Assembly (NCBI GenBank): GCA_023700255.1
Contig: JAJPRD010000003.1
Span: forward strand, 41,779 to 105,778
Source: Candidatus Thalassarchaeaceae archaeon
Lineage (GTDB): Archaea > Thermoplasmatota > Poseidoniia > Poseidoniales > Thalassarchaeaceae
DNA: 64,000 bases
Direction: 5' to 3'
Numbering within the stretch: position 1 is the stretch's first letter; the number at the start of each line of letters is the position of its first letter. Position numbers and translations under genes: made by a program. Positions 41,001 to 51,813 of the stretch are shown here, piece after piece. Under the pieces are notes generated by a model that worked only from the letters and a program-made list of their open reading frames with translations, was not told the origin of the DNA and made no database searches.

Positions 41001-42785
41001 ATGGATGAGCGACCCTTAGCCCGCAGTGTTGTCGCAAGACAGCGTTTTGCACGTTTATTTAGCCTCGGCGATAGAAATTCACCTAGTTCATGGTCACCTG
41101 CTCTTGTTTTGAATAAAGATGATGTGGAATTACCTTTTTCTTTAGCTCCATTCGAATTTTCGAGAGATGCTCAGTCCTTACCTGCGAAGTTATCAGTCAA
41201 AACTCGAACAAATTTGAGTCTCCCTTTCGATAGTTTAGATTTGTGGACTGCTACAGAAGGGCTAGTATTACCTCCAAGTTTAGTAGAATCTAATTCCGGA
41301 GAATTTGCAACTGGAAATGAAATTTTACCGGTATCTTGGCAATCACTTCATCATGATTTATCATTAAATGATGTAAATCTTCTACCATCGATAATTATAC
41401 TTACTGATGCCCCTCAATTAGCTAACCGAAAGGGATTATTAAGTGAAGCATTATACATCCTCAGAACTCGCTTCCCTTCATCTTTAATTTGGACTCCAGG
41501 TATAGGTGGACCTGATAATTGTGCTATTTTAACTTGGATGGGCGCTGATTTATTTGACTTAGCAAGATCTAGGCACGCCTGTTCACTTGGTATATTATTG
41601 TCAGAGAATGGCCCAAGAGAAATAGAAGAATCCATAGACGAAGATTCTTCTATGGACTCTCAAATACTTGCATGGAAAAATTCTCTTGCAGCAACTAGGT
41701 CAGCAATAAGGGCAGGTAACTTAAGGGAATTAGTGGAGAAACAAGCGATATCTAGTCCACGTTCAGTTGAAAGATTACGTATCCATGATTCAAAAATGTC
41801 TGATTTGGATGGAAGTATTTCTGGTTTATCACGTGTAAAAGGTCAGTATTATGAATTGAGATGCCATAGTTATTCGAGTAGAGATGATCCACTTATTCAG
41901 GATTGGCGGAAAAGAATTGCCAGAGATCACACTCCCCCTCTGCATCAATCAAAAGTACTCTTGTTATTACCTTGTTCTGCAACTAAACCATATCGATTGT
42001 CTTCATCTCATAAAAGGTTCAGTAGATCAATCACCTCGAATTCCATTCATGAAGTAATAGTCACAGCACCTCTTGGTTTAGTGCCAAGAGAATTAGAAGA
42101 TCTTTGGCCTGCTGCTAATTATGACATTCCAGTTACTGGCGATTGGGATATTGATGAACTCAGAGTCATACGTGAAATGATCTCTCAATACGTGTCTAGA
42201 AATAATTTTTCACGTGTTATAAACCATAGTGGGATAAGCCTAGATTTAGGTTCGGTTGAAATTATTGATACTAGGCAAGGATTGACTGCGGGTTCATCTG
42301 ATGCGCTAGCAAATCTTGAACAAAGTGTCAATCAATCAGTAGAAGATTTTGATCTTATAGATTTGAAAGAAAGCAAACATCGGTTAGGAAAACTAATGTC
42401 ATTATCTCGATTTCAACATGGTACTGATAAATGGCTTGAAGGTACTGGGATTCAGGGGCGACCTCCAATTTTTACAATTCGTAGAGACGGCGTCCAATTA
42501 GCATTGTGGAACCCTCGCTTAGGACGTTTCTCATTTACAAAGGCATGTCTGCCATTACTTGCAGAAAGTAGGCAGTTCCCTGAAGCCCATCTAGCATCCG
42601 GATTCGACTGGCGTGGAGACTTGTTTGCATCAAATGTGGTTGAAGTAAAAGGCCATATAAGAATAGGAGATGAGGTATTAGTGTATCAAGATAGTAATCT
42701 AGTAGGCTCCGCTAGAGCTGAAGCAGCGGGGTGGGAATGGCCTGATGGACCTAGTAGATTAGCACGCGCGCAACACCGTTTGTAA
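41001..42785 (+). CDS. arcS: Archaeosine synthase subunit alpha-like protein (degenerate TGT barrel, DUF5591, PUA)
   Basis: LLLPCSATKPY..S.SHKRF, VTAPLGLVPRELE..WPAANYDIPVTGDW, C-terminal PUA (IRIGDEVLV). ATG 41001 avoids overlap with the divergent gene. Confidence 0.85.
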   Translation: MDERPLARSVVARQRFARLFSLGDRNSPSSWSPALVLNKDDVELPFSLAPFEFSRDAQSLPAKLSVKTRTNLSLPFDSLDLWTATEGLVLPPSLVESNSGEFATGNEILPVSWQSLHHDLSLNDVNLLPSIIILTDAPQLANRKGLLSEALYILRTRFPSSLIWTPGIGGPDNCAILTWMGADLFDLARSRHACSLGILLSENGPREIEESIDEDSSMDSQILAWKNSLAATRSAIRAGNLRELVEKQAISSPRSVERLRIHDSKMSDLDGSISGLSRVKGQYYELRCHSYSSRDDPLIQDWRKRIARDHTPPLHQSKVLLLLPCSATKPYRLSSSHKRFSRSITSNSIHEVIVTAPLGLVPRELEDLWPAANYDIPVTGDWDIDELRVIREMISQYVSRNNFSRVINHSGISLDLGSVEIIDTRQGLTAGSSDALANLEQSVNQSVEDFDLIDLKESKHRLGKLMSLSRFQHGTDKWLEGTGIQGRPPIFTIRRDGVQLALWNPRLGRFSFTKACLPLLAESRQFPEAHLASGFDWRGDLFASNVVEVKGHIRIGDEVLVYQDSNLVGSARAEAAGWEWPDGPSRLARAQHRL

Positions 42786-42859
42786 GTAAAATCGGTTGTA
42801 TGAGTTAGCGTAGCGATTAAAGAGGGGCAGCAGGTCGGCCGGATAACTGAGGTCTTGAT

Positions 42860-43315
42860 ATGGCGCGTATGCACAGCAATGGAAAAGGAACAAGTGGTTC
42901 TTCTAAGCCAAATATTGATGTGGCACCATCATGGGCAGAATCTGATAAAAACACAGTCGAAGAATTGATTTTGAAGTATGCTCAAGATGGGCATTCATCT
43001 GCTAAAATCGGTACAATGCTCAGAGATATGCATGCAGTACCAGATGTTCGTCTAGTAATGGGTGAAAGAATCTCTCAGACTTTAACTCGTAATGATATTA
43101 CTTCTACATATCCAGAAGATATGATGAATCTTATGCGTAAGGCTTTAAGTTTAATTGATCATCTTGTATCTAACAAAAAAGATTTACACAATCGTCGACA
43201 ATTAGAGCTGTGTGAATCTCGAATTCGTCGTTTAGCAAGATATTACCAGCAAACAGGTCGTTTATCATCTACTTGGGCTTACAAGCGTGATCAACTAAGA
43301 CTGATGGTAGAATGA
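42860..43315 (+). CDS. rps15: 30S ribosomal protein S15 (uS15, archaeal type)
   Basis: MARMHS.GKG.SGS.KP, IGTMLRD, PEDMMNLMRKA, KDLHNRRQL.L.ESRIRRLARYY. Confidence 0.97.
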   Translation: MARMHSNGKGTSGSSKPNIDVAPSWAESDKNTVEELILKYAQDGHSSAKIGTMLRDMHAVPDVRLVMGERISQTLTRNDITSTYPEDMMNLMRKALSLIDHLVSNKKDLHNRRQLELCESRIRRLARYYQQTGRLSSTWAYKRDQLRLMVE

Positions 43316-43362
43316 TTACTTTCTACACATAAGATTTGAACTAAGAGCCTCTACGGTATACT

Positions 43363-44217
43363 ATGAGGGTACTGGTTGATGAGATTCAATACTCTGATGT
43401 TTCTGAAACATTAGTTGCGGCGTCTCTTGAGATTAATCGACTAAGTGATTCAGTTTTACTTTTATGCGAACCTACTCTCATTGGTTCACTTTCAATAGCT
43501 GTTATCGAATCATCACTTGTTGACAATGGGATCTCATACCGGAGAAAATTTAGTCACAATGAACCTGTGAATAGCCCTTGGATAAAAATCATTGATGATG
43601 ATTCAGAAAATACTAAAATTCAAACTAACCCATTCAGATTAACAATTTCATCATTAATAGTCGAGGGACTTACTGGACATAAAGGTGATTCTCGTAAGGG
43701 GCCATTAACTCCTGTTGCCCAGTCTCATGCATTAGCTCAATTAATCTCTCCACACGGTGCACGGACTCGTAAATTAAGGCCTTGGCTAATTTCTGGCAAT
43801 TGGATTAATTCTGCTTTAGATCATACCTATGACCCTCTTTACACCGCCTTGAGAGATTTTCTTTCAGATGAAGGAATTATCAGAATAGTTCCTTTACCAG
43901 AAGTACCTGAGCCAAATATATCAGATTATGATTGGATAGATGATAATGCATTAGATGCGATATCTTCAAGATGGATTAATCTTGATATGGAGGGCAGGGC
44001 TAGGGCCTTATCCCATCTTGTCCGTTCATCACTCGTTCGTTCTACTCCTTCTACATCTAGGTTAGAAGAGATAGTTTGGCATTGCGTAATGGCGCCAGGT
44101 TGGTCTACTGATTTAGCAGGTCAAATTTCATCTGCAAAGAAATATTGGGATGACTCTGAACCTAAAATCGCATCTAGTAAGTTAATTGATAAATTAATCA
44201 GTGATGGAATGATTTAA
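43363..44217 (+). CDS. Hypothetical protein, possibly a degenerate DHH/RecJ-like family member
   Basis: 284-aa ATG ORF directly after rps15, the usual position of a DHH phosphoesterase in archaea. No DHH motif is visible. Confidence 0.5.
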   Translation: MRVLVDEIQYSDVSETLVAASLEINRLSDSVLLLCEPTLIGSLSIAVIESSLVDNGISYRRKFSHNEPVNSPWIKIIDDDSENTKIQTNPFRLTISSLIVEGLTGHKGDSRKGPLTPVAQSHALAQLISPHGARTRKLRPWLISGNWINSALDHTYDPLYTALRDFLSDEGIIRIVPLPEVPEPNISDYDWIDDNALDAISSRWINLDMEGRARALSHLVRSSLVRSTPSTSRLEEIVWHCVMAPGWSTDLAGQISSAKKYWDDSEPKIASSKLIDKLISDGMI

Positions 44218-46239
44218 TTATTCTTCAATCCTTAACATAACGTCACACCCTGAACATTCGAATCTTAGAGGACGTATTTTTGACTCAACAGGATTACTTG
44301 TTCCACACGCAGGGCAATCGATTCTCGGCCCTCTTTTTCTAGTTCTGCTATCTTCTTTGTTTGACCTGGGTGAGACAAGAGATATTGGGAATACAAGTAA
44401 TACACTTGATGCAACTATGGCTAGAACAATTTGCATAGGCATACCTAGGATATAGACTACCAAAGAAAGTCCTCCCAATGCAACTACTGCAATTAATGAG
44501 GGTACACTACTTCTTTTTCTAGTTAGGAACAGTCCCATTGCTATAGCAACGCACAAAGCGAAAACTGAGATCATTGCTGAAATTAATGGACTAAATGCCA
44601 TATTTCCTGATGGTAAAAACTCTATTCTAAAATCTTCATTTTCTTCAATTTGATTTTCTTTAATTTCGATACTTTCCATGAATATCCATCTTCGATGGCT
44701 AAAATCTAGGTTTTCGGCTGAAACAGGCCCTAAGCCAGCTAACATTGTTGTTTTAACCTCAACATCTAGATTAACTTCTTTCCAATAATTATTTGTTGGG
44801 TTACGTATGAAGTTTTCAACCAATAATTGCCTCACATTATTTTCTACTGAATATGAGGTTTTAATTTTAATAGTAATAGTTTCAGCAGCAAATGATCTAG
44901 TCCCACCCAGATCTATTTCATATTCAGTAGGTCCAAGATCTACAGGGTTTGCGCCTATAATTGATTCAATATCCAGGGACAAACCATTTTGCATAAATGA
45001 CCTCATATCTGATGATGAACCAGTAATGTGTGAGGTTAGTGCTAGCAATTCATCATCATCTACTTTTGCATTATTTCTATTGGAGGTAGCAACGGAATCA
45101 GAATATGAATTGAGATTTTTCCACCAACTGTTTGAGTCAAGGCTTGTATTACCAATATTATCCATACCCCATCTCATCCATTGAGACATAGCGCTATCAA
45201 AAGAAATTTCAATTTTCTTTTGCATAATATCTCCTTCAAATTTCGCATCTATTTCAACACTTACAACCGATCCACTAGTTCTTAGAGGCTCTTTTGAGGG
45301 GTAATAACCACCGGTTCCTCCATTGTCATCTTCAACATTAATTTCATGAGTTCTTGATGCATAAATATCTAGTCCTGTTTGAGGAGATATTATGAATTCA
45401 GTAGTGTAAATTCCACTTTCAGTGCCTTCAGGCATTTCCCAAACGAATGTTACTTCAACACCCGATTCTAATGGTGTAGCAATTGGGCTAAGTGTTAATA
45501 ATGTGCCTTGGAGTGAAAAACTTCCTTCGGATAATGACCACATATCACCATCGAAACCTGAATTAACTGTAATTGGGAAATATACTAATCCTGATGTGAC
45601 ACTTGCCTCTTTGATTTTAACATCAACCAATGGCATACGACCAGTTACTTTTGCAACAGATTCATCAGACCCCCAATAAAAATTCAAACCTGCATCTTGT
45701 GTGGGGTTTGAGAACAGTAAACTGTTTACTGCCAGGGAAACTTCTACCTTATCTCCATCATTTATCGTACCGGATGAAACTTGAACTGAAATTTCCAAGT
45801 CACCTTCTCCATTTAGAAAGGGTTCTACTCCATTCGGCAAGCCTGTATTTCCAGAATAAAAAGAACCTCCTATTCTAATATCTAAAGTTGAGTTTATTGT
45901 TACCCCAGCTGCTCCTTCAACAGCGTATGGTATAGTAAATGACCATGTCTGGGTTGGATAATCACCCTCTGTACCCCATATTAATTCCCACGATCCTACT
46001 TCAATTTCTCCTTGTTGCCATGCAGAAACGGTTGCCGAAAATTCTTCTGATAATTCACTTTCAAAAGGCGATAGTCTACCATTTGCTGATTCATCTAATA
46101 AAAACAGGTCAAAGTCTGTATCACTGCAACATGTTGCGTTTTCACCTTGGGAGTCTTGAGCATAAGTGGGTGCGCTCAAAAGAGAGACGAATAATAATAC
46201 AACAAGAGATAAGGATTTGACATCCGAGTCCCCTCTCAT
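44218..46239 (-). CDS. Membrane protein with large extracellular domain, three C-terminal TM helices and a cytoplasmic zinc ribbon
   Basis: Signal peptide; three hydrophobic helices near the C-terminus; CPACG...CSGC. Confidence 0.72.
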   Translation of the reverse strand: MRGDSDVKSLSLVVLLFVSLLSAPTYAQDSQGENATCCSDTDFDLFLLDESANGRLSPFESELSEEFSATVSAWQQGEIEVGSWELIWGTEGDYPTQTWSFTIPYAVEGAAGVTINSTLDIRIGGSFYSGNTGLPNGVEPFLNGEGDLEISVQVSSGTINDGDKVEVSLAVNSLLFSNPTQDAGLNFYWGSDESVAKVTGRMPLVDVKIKEASVTSGLVYFPITVNSGFDGDMWSLSEGSFSLQGTLLTLSPIATPLESGVEVTFVWEMPEGTESGIYTTEFIISPQTGLDIYASRTHEINVEDDNGGTGGYYPSKEPLRTSGSVVSVEIDAKFEGDIMQKKIEISFDSAMSQWMRWGMDNIGNTSLDSNSWWKNLNSYSDSVATSNRNNAKVDDDELLALTSHITGSSSDMRSFMQNGLSLDIESIIGANPVDLGPTEYEIDLGGTRSFAAETITIKIKTSYSVENNVRQLLVENFIRNPTNNYWKEVNLDVEVKTTMLAGLGPVSAENLDFSHRRWIFMESIEIKENQIEENEDFRIEFLPSGNMAFSPLISAMISVFALCVAIAMGLFLTRKRSSVPSLIAVVALGGLSLVVYILGMPMQIVLAIVASSVLLVFPISLVSPRSNKEDSRTRKRGPRIDCPACGTSNPVESKIRPLRFECSGCDVMLRIEE

Positions 46240-46321
46240 ATTACCTACTGGTAGGCTTACTAGCCTTCAATGCGACGCTTAATAGATGCATATTAAGGCA
46301 ATCTTTTACATCATTGGATGT

Positions 46322-48049
46322 TTAACCGTGTAGCCATAACAATTTGATGATATCTGAATTATTCTCTGATTCAATTATTGCATAGCCAACTCTTTCAAGT
46401 TGCACGATGTTCCCTTTGATTATTTCGAAATTTTCCATCATTCCTTCTTGAATAATAATGTCATTCCCTTGAGGGATAGTCAGAATGGCTTTTTTGGCCA
46501 TCGAGAATGGTAACCAATGTACAATCGGTCTTCTATCTAATCGTTCATAAGATTGAATTATAGCGTTCGAATCTTTAATTTCAATATCTGCATAATCTTT
46601 TAATCTGATGTTCTCTTTTTCTACATCTACCTTTTCAAGATATATTCTTTTGTCATCAATATTCCAAACCCTTGCTCCTTCTATAAGATTCATTGGATGC
46701 CGATTTATTGATATTTCTTGATTATTTATTCCTTTTTCAGATGTTTTTAGTTCCAATAATTCTGGATTTCTAACAAATGATCTTCTTTCACACATTTCAT
46801 CAATTTTACTTGAATTAAAGGCTTCAATAGTTTGTAGTGATACTGAAATATCCTTCTGTGTTAACCCTAAGTCTATCCAAAAAGCTCTCATTGCATCTGA
46901 ATTAAATCCTCTTCTTTGTAATGCACGAATAGTTGGCAAACGAGGGTCATCCCAATCGGTGAAATTACCTTCTTCAATATCCTTTCTCATACCTGAGGTT
47001 GAAAACCTTCCGAACTCATGAATTTTTACTCTTCCCCAATATAATGTTTCAGGATAATCCCATTGGAAATGAGCATAAAGCAATGTTTGTTTTCGGGTTG
47101 AATCCATCAGATCTTTCCCCCTAATGATGTGAGTTACACCTTGTTCATGATCTTCGATTGCACTTTGGAAATCTAATAATGGCCACACTTTGTACTTATC
47201 GCCAACCATTGGATGTAATGTGTGTTGAATTCTTAATGCGGGCCAATCTCTTAATGCAGGATTTGGTAAATCCATGGAAGTTTTTACTCTTACAACAGCT
47301 TCCCCTTCCTTCAAAGTTCCATTTTCCATCATTTTCCAATCTGAAAGATTTTCTTGAACTTCTTTATTTCTGCAAGGACACTCTAGAGAATTATCTCTTA
47401 ATTTTTTAAATTTCGCTGCTGAACATTTACAGACATATCCAAAGTTTCCTTCAAGCATTTTCACCGCATATTGAAGGTAAATCATCATTCTTTCCGAAGC
47501 TCTAACTATAATGTCCGGCTTCTTACCTGTCAGCCACTTATAATCCGATTCTATCCATTCATACGCTTCTTTTATTGGTGGTTTCACTTTAGAATCAGTA
47601 TCATCAAATCTCAATACAACCTTTCCGTCATACAGATTTGCATACTCTGAGTTTATTGTTACTCCTCTAGCATGACCTAATGTCAACGGTCCATTGGGAT
47701 TTGGAGCAAATCGTAATACTACCTTGCCTTTTTCTGCATTTGGTAAATCTTTTAATCCTACTCTTTTAGCTTGTTTTTGCCGATTTAGAGCCTCTGGATT
47801 TGTTTCCTCTAAGGCTTTTCGTGCAGCATCTACTCCTTTTTCATGAGCTAATGTGTTTGCAATTTCAACTTCAATTTCAACTAGTCTTTTGAGTTCCTTT
47901 GCTCTATTTCTTAGGTCGGTCCTTTCCCCTAATATTCTCCCCAAAACAGAGCCTGGCTGTCCTGATCCATTATATTCTACTGCATTTTGTAATGAATATT
48001 TTCTAACAATAGCTAGAATATCTTGGCTCCATTCGCTATCGTCAACCAT
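46322..48049 (-). CDS. gltX: Glutamate--tRNA ligase (archaeal type)
   Basis: RFAPNPNGPLTLGHARG, LRFDDTD, GVTHIIRGKD, WDDPRLPT..AL.RRG, QLERVGY. Likely start MVDDSEW at 48049. Confidence 0.96.
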   Translation of the reverse strand: MVDDSEWSQDILAIVRKYSLQNAVEYNGSGQPGSVLGRILGERTDLRNRAKELKRLVEIEVEIANTLAHEKGVDAARKALEETNPEALNRQKQAKRVGLKDLPNAEKGKVVLRFAPNPNGPLTLGHARGVTINSEYANLYDGKVVLRFDDTDSKVKPPIKEAYEWIESDYKWLTGKKPDIIVRASERMMIYLQYAVKMLEGNFGYVCKCSAAKFKKLRDNSLECPCRNKEVQENLSDWKMMENGTLKEGEAVVRVKTSMDLPNPALRDWPALRIQHTLHPMVGDKYKVWPLLDFQSAIEDHEQGVTHIIRGKDLMDSTRKQTLLYAHFQWDYPETLYWGRVKIHEFGRFSTSGMRKDIEEGNFTDWDDPRLPTIRALQRRGFNSDAMRAFWIDLGLTQKDISVSLQTIEAFNSSKIDEMCERRSFVRNPELLELKTSEKGINNQEISINRHPMNLIEGARVWNIDDKRIYLEKVDVEKENIRLKDYADIEIKDSNAIIQSYERLDRRPIVHWLPFSMAKKAILTIPQGNDIIIQEGMMENFEIIKGNIVQLERVGYAIIESENNSDIIKLLWLHG

Positions 48050-48096
48050 ACTATCAGACTCTACCACTAGACTACTACATTTCACATTTCAGTATT

Positions 48097-48837
48097 TTAC
48101 CAGTCATTAAGTGATGATTGAATTCTAATATCGCCTAGCTCTTGACGAATAGGAATTTGAGTATCATGTACTTCATTCCATGCATTTTTGACTGTAGCCC
48201 ACGACCATCTCAAGAATTGATTGGGTAATTCACTATCAACTAATTTTTTCACAGCCTCTTTCGTTTTTGGATCTGATGGGTAACCACTTCCAATATCAAT
48301 GTCAAGTAAATTATTTATTCGACGAATCTCTTTATCTCTGCAAACTTTCGCTAGAATACTCGCTGCTCCTACTAATACCTCTTCTGAATCCATTCTATGC
48401 TTTGCATCGATCCGCCAATGTCCCCATTTTTCTCCTAATGCATATTTGACTCTTCGTTCAAATCTTTTCTCATTGACGTCACAAGCATCAGCCTGAATCA
48501 ATCCTTCATTTTTTGCCATACCTGTAGATTGTATTGCCTCTTTGAATAACTCTATTTCTAATATATTCAGATTTGTTTTACTTCTTTCTCTATCAATCCG
48601 AGATGCGTCACATACAATCATTCCAATCGGCCATTTTTTTTCCTCAGCCATTAATAGTATTTTTTCAGATAATGATTCTCTCTTTTTTGGACTCATCGAT
48701 TTAGAATCCTTAGCACCTATTGATTCTAGAATTTTTATTTCTGAATCAGGAATACATAATGCACAAACAACTAATGGCCCTATCGCTGGACCTCTTCCTG
48801 CTTCATCTACTCCAATTTTATACATTCTAATCCTCAT
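48097..48837 (-). CDS. rnhB: Ribonuclease HII
   Basis: IGVDEAGRGPAIGPLVV, KDSK, VGAASILAKV, GSGYPSDPKT, RWSWATV. Confidence 0.96.
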   Translation of the reverse strand: MRIRMYKIGVDEAGRGPAIGPLVVCALCIPDSEIKILESIGAKDSKSMSPKKRESLSEKILLMAEEKKWPIGMIVCDASRIDRERSKTNLNILEIELFKEAIQSTGMAKNEGLIQADACDVNEKRFERRVKYALGEKWGHWRIDAKHRMDSEEVLVGAASILAKVCRDKEIRRINNLLDIDIGSGYPSDPKTKEAVKKLVDSELPNQFLRWSWATVKNAWNEVHDTQIPIRQELGDIRIQSSLNDW

Positions 48838-51721
48838 TATTAGTTTGTTTTTTTATTTTTAACTTAGATATTCGAGATTCAAATTCATTTTTTTCTCCTA
48901 GTAATCGATTATCTGGATGTATATCTTTCTCTTCAGAAAAATCATCAGCTAGCTCTACAATGTCATTTAACGCTTCTTCAGTAATCACCTTATCCAATGA
49001 ATTCCCTGCTCTATCAACTCTAAACTTTGAAGGTCCAACTTTACTCTCAATTTTTCTTCCCTTAGATTTTTCAATAAATTCGTTTTCAAAACCCTTTGAG
49101 TCGATTGTTTCACTATCAATAACCACTTTCAATTTTTCTTTTTTTGTAAATCCTAACATCCAATCATTAACGGTTTCATTTTCTTCAATAGGTAAACCTA
49201 GTCTTTTCCGATCTTCTTTCAATCTATATTGTATGGCTTTAACTACACCAATACTTCCGAAAAATATGATGACCATGCTTAAAATCACAGTTTGCCACGT
49301 TCTGAAAAATCCAATGAATATTGATTCATCGTTGTTTTCATTTAATTTTCCTTTGTCAAGGAATAAATCTTTGTCTTCAGATTCACTTCCTTGAAATATT
49401 ATTCTAGGATCTCTTATTGACCTGGCTTCAATTATTAATGTCGGTTTTTCAATATTGAACATACTTTCCGATATTTCATCATAAGAAATATTCATCCATG
49501 CTGTAAAACTAACAGAATCACCTACATCTATATCTAATATCTCAAATGAACGTGGGCTTTCAGTTGATTGTGTTTCAGCATTTGAGGGGATGTCTAATTC
49601 AAAATCTGTAAAAATATTACAATCTAAATTTACAACTAGTCCATCATTAGTATTTCCAATATTTGTAAGTTTCCAAGAAACTGATATATTTGCTATTCTT
49701 TTTTCATAATCATAATTGTGCTCATATAATTCTTCAACTAAGTTCCATTCAAAATTATCGCCTACTTTGACCTCGAAATTTATACTTACGGGATTCCAAC
49801 CATCTACCCATAACTCAACAATCAAATCAGCGACTTCTCCAGAGGGTGTTCCATTTTCAATCGAAACATTGAGATATATCTGATTATTTACTTCACCTGC
49901 ATTTAATGATATTTTATTCTGGCTCAAATTCACATTAATCCATTCAGGAATTTCTTTTAATTTCAATTCAAAATCATAAGGTATATCCCCTGTATTTTCT
50001 ACTATTAACTCTGTCCGACAAATTTCGCCAGGGCTAGTTTCGAATTGACAGTCTATATTGTTCAATTCTAGGTTGCCTCCTGATCGTGGAACGATATTTA
50101 CTCTCTGGATAGCAAAGACTGCATCTTCTGGTACTGCTGTGCTCCATACTTTTATCTCAAAAAATATACTTCCGCTTACCAATAGTGGTGACTGTATTTG
50201 AAATCTAATCCGTCCGGTTTCATTTGGCCACATCGCCGATAGTTCCATTTTATCTTGGATGAATACGTTCCATTCATCCACTGCAAAAGCCTGTGAATAA
50301 TCTCCAATATCACTCCCATTTTCATCTACTGGTCTAATACTAACAGCAAGGTCACGTTGAGTATTTCCAAGGTTTTTCGCACTCATTTCTATTGTGGCTA
50401 CATTGTAGGGTGATATTGAATAGGTGCCTCCTCCATCTATTATTTCAGCACCGTGGAAATAACCATATCTCATTGAAAAATTATACCAATCTTTAATCCC
50501 TGTATTATTAGATGATAGCTCCATACTAAATTGATGTAATGAATTTGCCAATGGCATTCCATTTTCCGTAATTGGTGCTGTGATTGAAAATTGTATCCAT
50601 GATGTTACATCTGATAGAGCGATGAAATCAAATCCTAAATACGCATCTAATGAATAGTTCCATGAAGTTTCCCAATTCTCAGAACCTATGATTTTTATAT
50701 TAGCAATATCATCATATTCTCCTAAATTAGTATAGTTGATATTCAGATTAATTAATGACCCAGGATCTATTGCGAAAACAGAACCTGAATCGGGGCCGAA
50801 CTCAATGCCAGGTGGCTCAATTTCAAATGGATAAATATAGTCTGATGTTTCATTAAATACAGTGCTTGCAGCAGCCTGCTGAAGTTCCAATGCTTTTTCT
50901 TGAGATATTTGGCTAGGATGATATTCACCAACGGGAGATTCTCCTGTCATTACTGAATATAGAACGCACGATGAAAGGTATGACCCCTCCAGGGATGGAT
51001 GAGAACCATCATCTGAATATAGTGTTGAAAAAGAATTTGAACCTTGAGTAGGATCAACTCCCGTTTGATTTACTTTATGATATAGATTTTTGTATGCTAG
51101 CCCTACTGGGGCAAGAAAAATTGGTTTTTCATCTGTTGTTGAATTCTCGAGGTACATTTCATAGCCTTGTTGAAGATGTAATTGCATAGTTAGGTAATCA
51201 GGATTTCTTAATGCATTGTTCACATCACCATCTTTACGTCCCCAAGTCATGAACAGTATTGTTTGTCCACCTTCTGAGATTATTCTTTCATTAAGATCTT
51301 CTACTGCATTATTACTTTCAACCCAGAACTCTGAATCAGTAGGGAATGAAGGTACCTGACTCTGATCTTGTAAAACTACATAATCGTACCTTTCTGAGAG
51401 CTTTGTATTGAGTTCATTACCCTGTTGATCAGCATCATCTGCATGATCTGATAATTTCATACCGCCTCCTGTTACTGCCTCTACATCTGAATTTATACCC
51501 GAATCATCCAATATTCTCTCGACTTTTTGATTTAGTGTATTTGAGCTTGTATAAGAGTTCCCTATTAGGAGAATATCTAAACTTATACTATTTTCTTCAT
51601 CTTGATTTTGCTGCTTTAGTATTATATTATTTTCTTCTTCTAATGCGAATATTTCTACAGTATTTCCTATTTGTAGTAATATTAGTAATACCATTACTAC
51701 ACTTAGGGCACCTTTGCGCAT
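48827..51721 (-). CDS. Surface-anchored SGNH/GDSL-type hydrolase (DUF4886-like) with Ig-like stalk, TM helix and charged cytoplasmic tail
   Basis: ILLIGNSYT, VVLQDQS, DGSHPS; repeated N.G(N/D) Ig modules; TM VILSMVIIFFGSIGVV. Likely start ATG 51721 (MRKGALSVVMVLL). Confidence 0.8.
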   Translation of the reverse strand: MRKGALSVVMVLLILLQIGNTVEIFALEEENNIILKQQNQDEENSISLDILLIGNSYTSSNTLNQKVERILDDSGINSDVEAVTGGGMKLSDHADDADQQGNELNTKLSERYDYVVLQDQSQVPSFPTDSEFWVESNNAVEDLNERIISEGGQTILFMTWGRKDGDVNNALRNPDYLTMQLHLQQGYEMYLENSTTDEKPIFLAPVGLAYKNLYHKVNQTGVDPTQGSNSFSTLYSDDGSHPSLEGSYLSSCVLYSVMTGESPVGEYHPSQISQEKALELQQAAASTVFNETSDYIYPFEIEPPGIEFGPDSGSVFAIDPGSLINLNINYTNLGEYDDIANIKIIGSENWETSWNYSLDAYLGFDFIALSDVTSWIQFSITAPITENGMPLANSLHQFSMELSSNNTGIKDWYNFSMRYGYFHGAEIIDGGGTYSISPYNVATIEMSAKNLGNTQRDLAVSIRPVDENGSDIGDYSQAFAVDEWNVFIQDKMELSAMWPNETGRIRFQIQSPLLVSGSIFFEIKVWSTAVPEDAVFAIQRVNIVPRSGGNLELNNIDCQFETSPGEICRTELIVENTGDIPYDFELKLKEIPEWINVNLSQNKISLNAGEVNNQIYLNVSIENGTPSGEVADLIVELWVDGWNPVSINFEVKVGDNFEWNLVEELYEHNYDYEKRIANISVSWKLTNIGNTNDGLVVNLDCNIFTDFELDIPSNAETQSTESPRSFEILDIDVGDSVSFTAWMNISYDEISESMFNIEKPTLIIEARSIRDPRIIFQGSESEDKDLFLDKGKLNENNDESIFIGFFRTWQTVILSMVIIFFGSIGVVKAIQYRLKEDRKRLGLPIEENETVNDWMLGFTKKEKLKVVIDSETIDSKGFENEFIEKSKGRKIESKVGPSKFRVDRAGNSLDKVITEEALNDIVELADDFSEEKDIHPDNRLLGEKNEFESRISKLKIKKQTNNED

Positions 51722-51813
51722 AACTAGTCCTAGGTGGTCTCCTCTTTCATTATCACCCTGTTTAGTGTCTAAAACAACGAAGTATTCATGTCCTAGGTTG
51801 CACCTCAACTATC

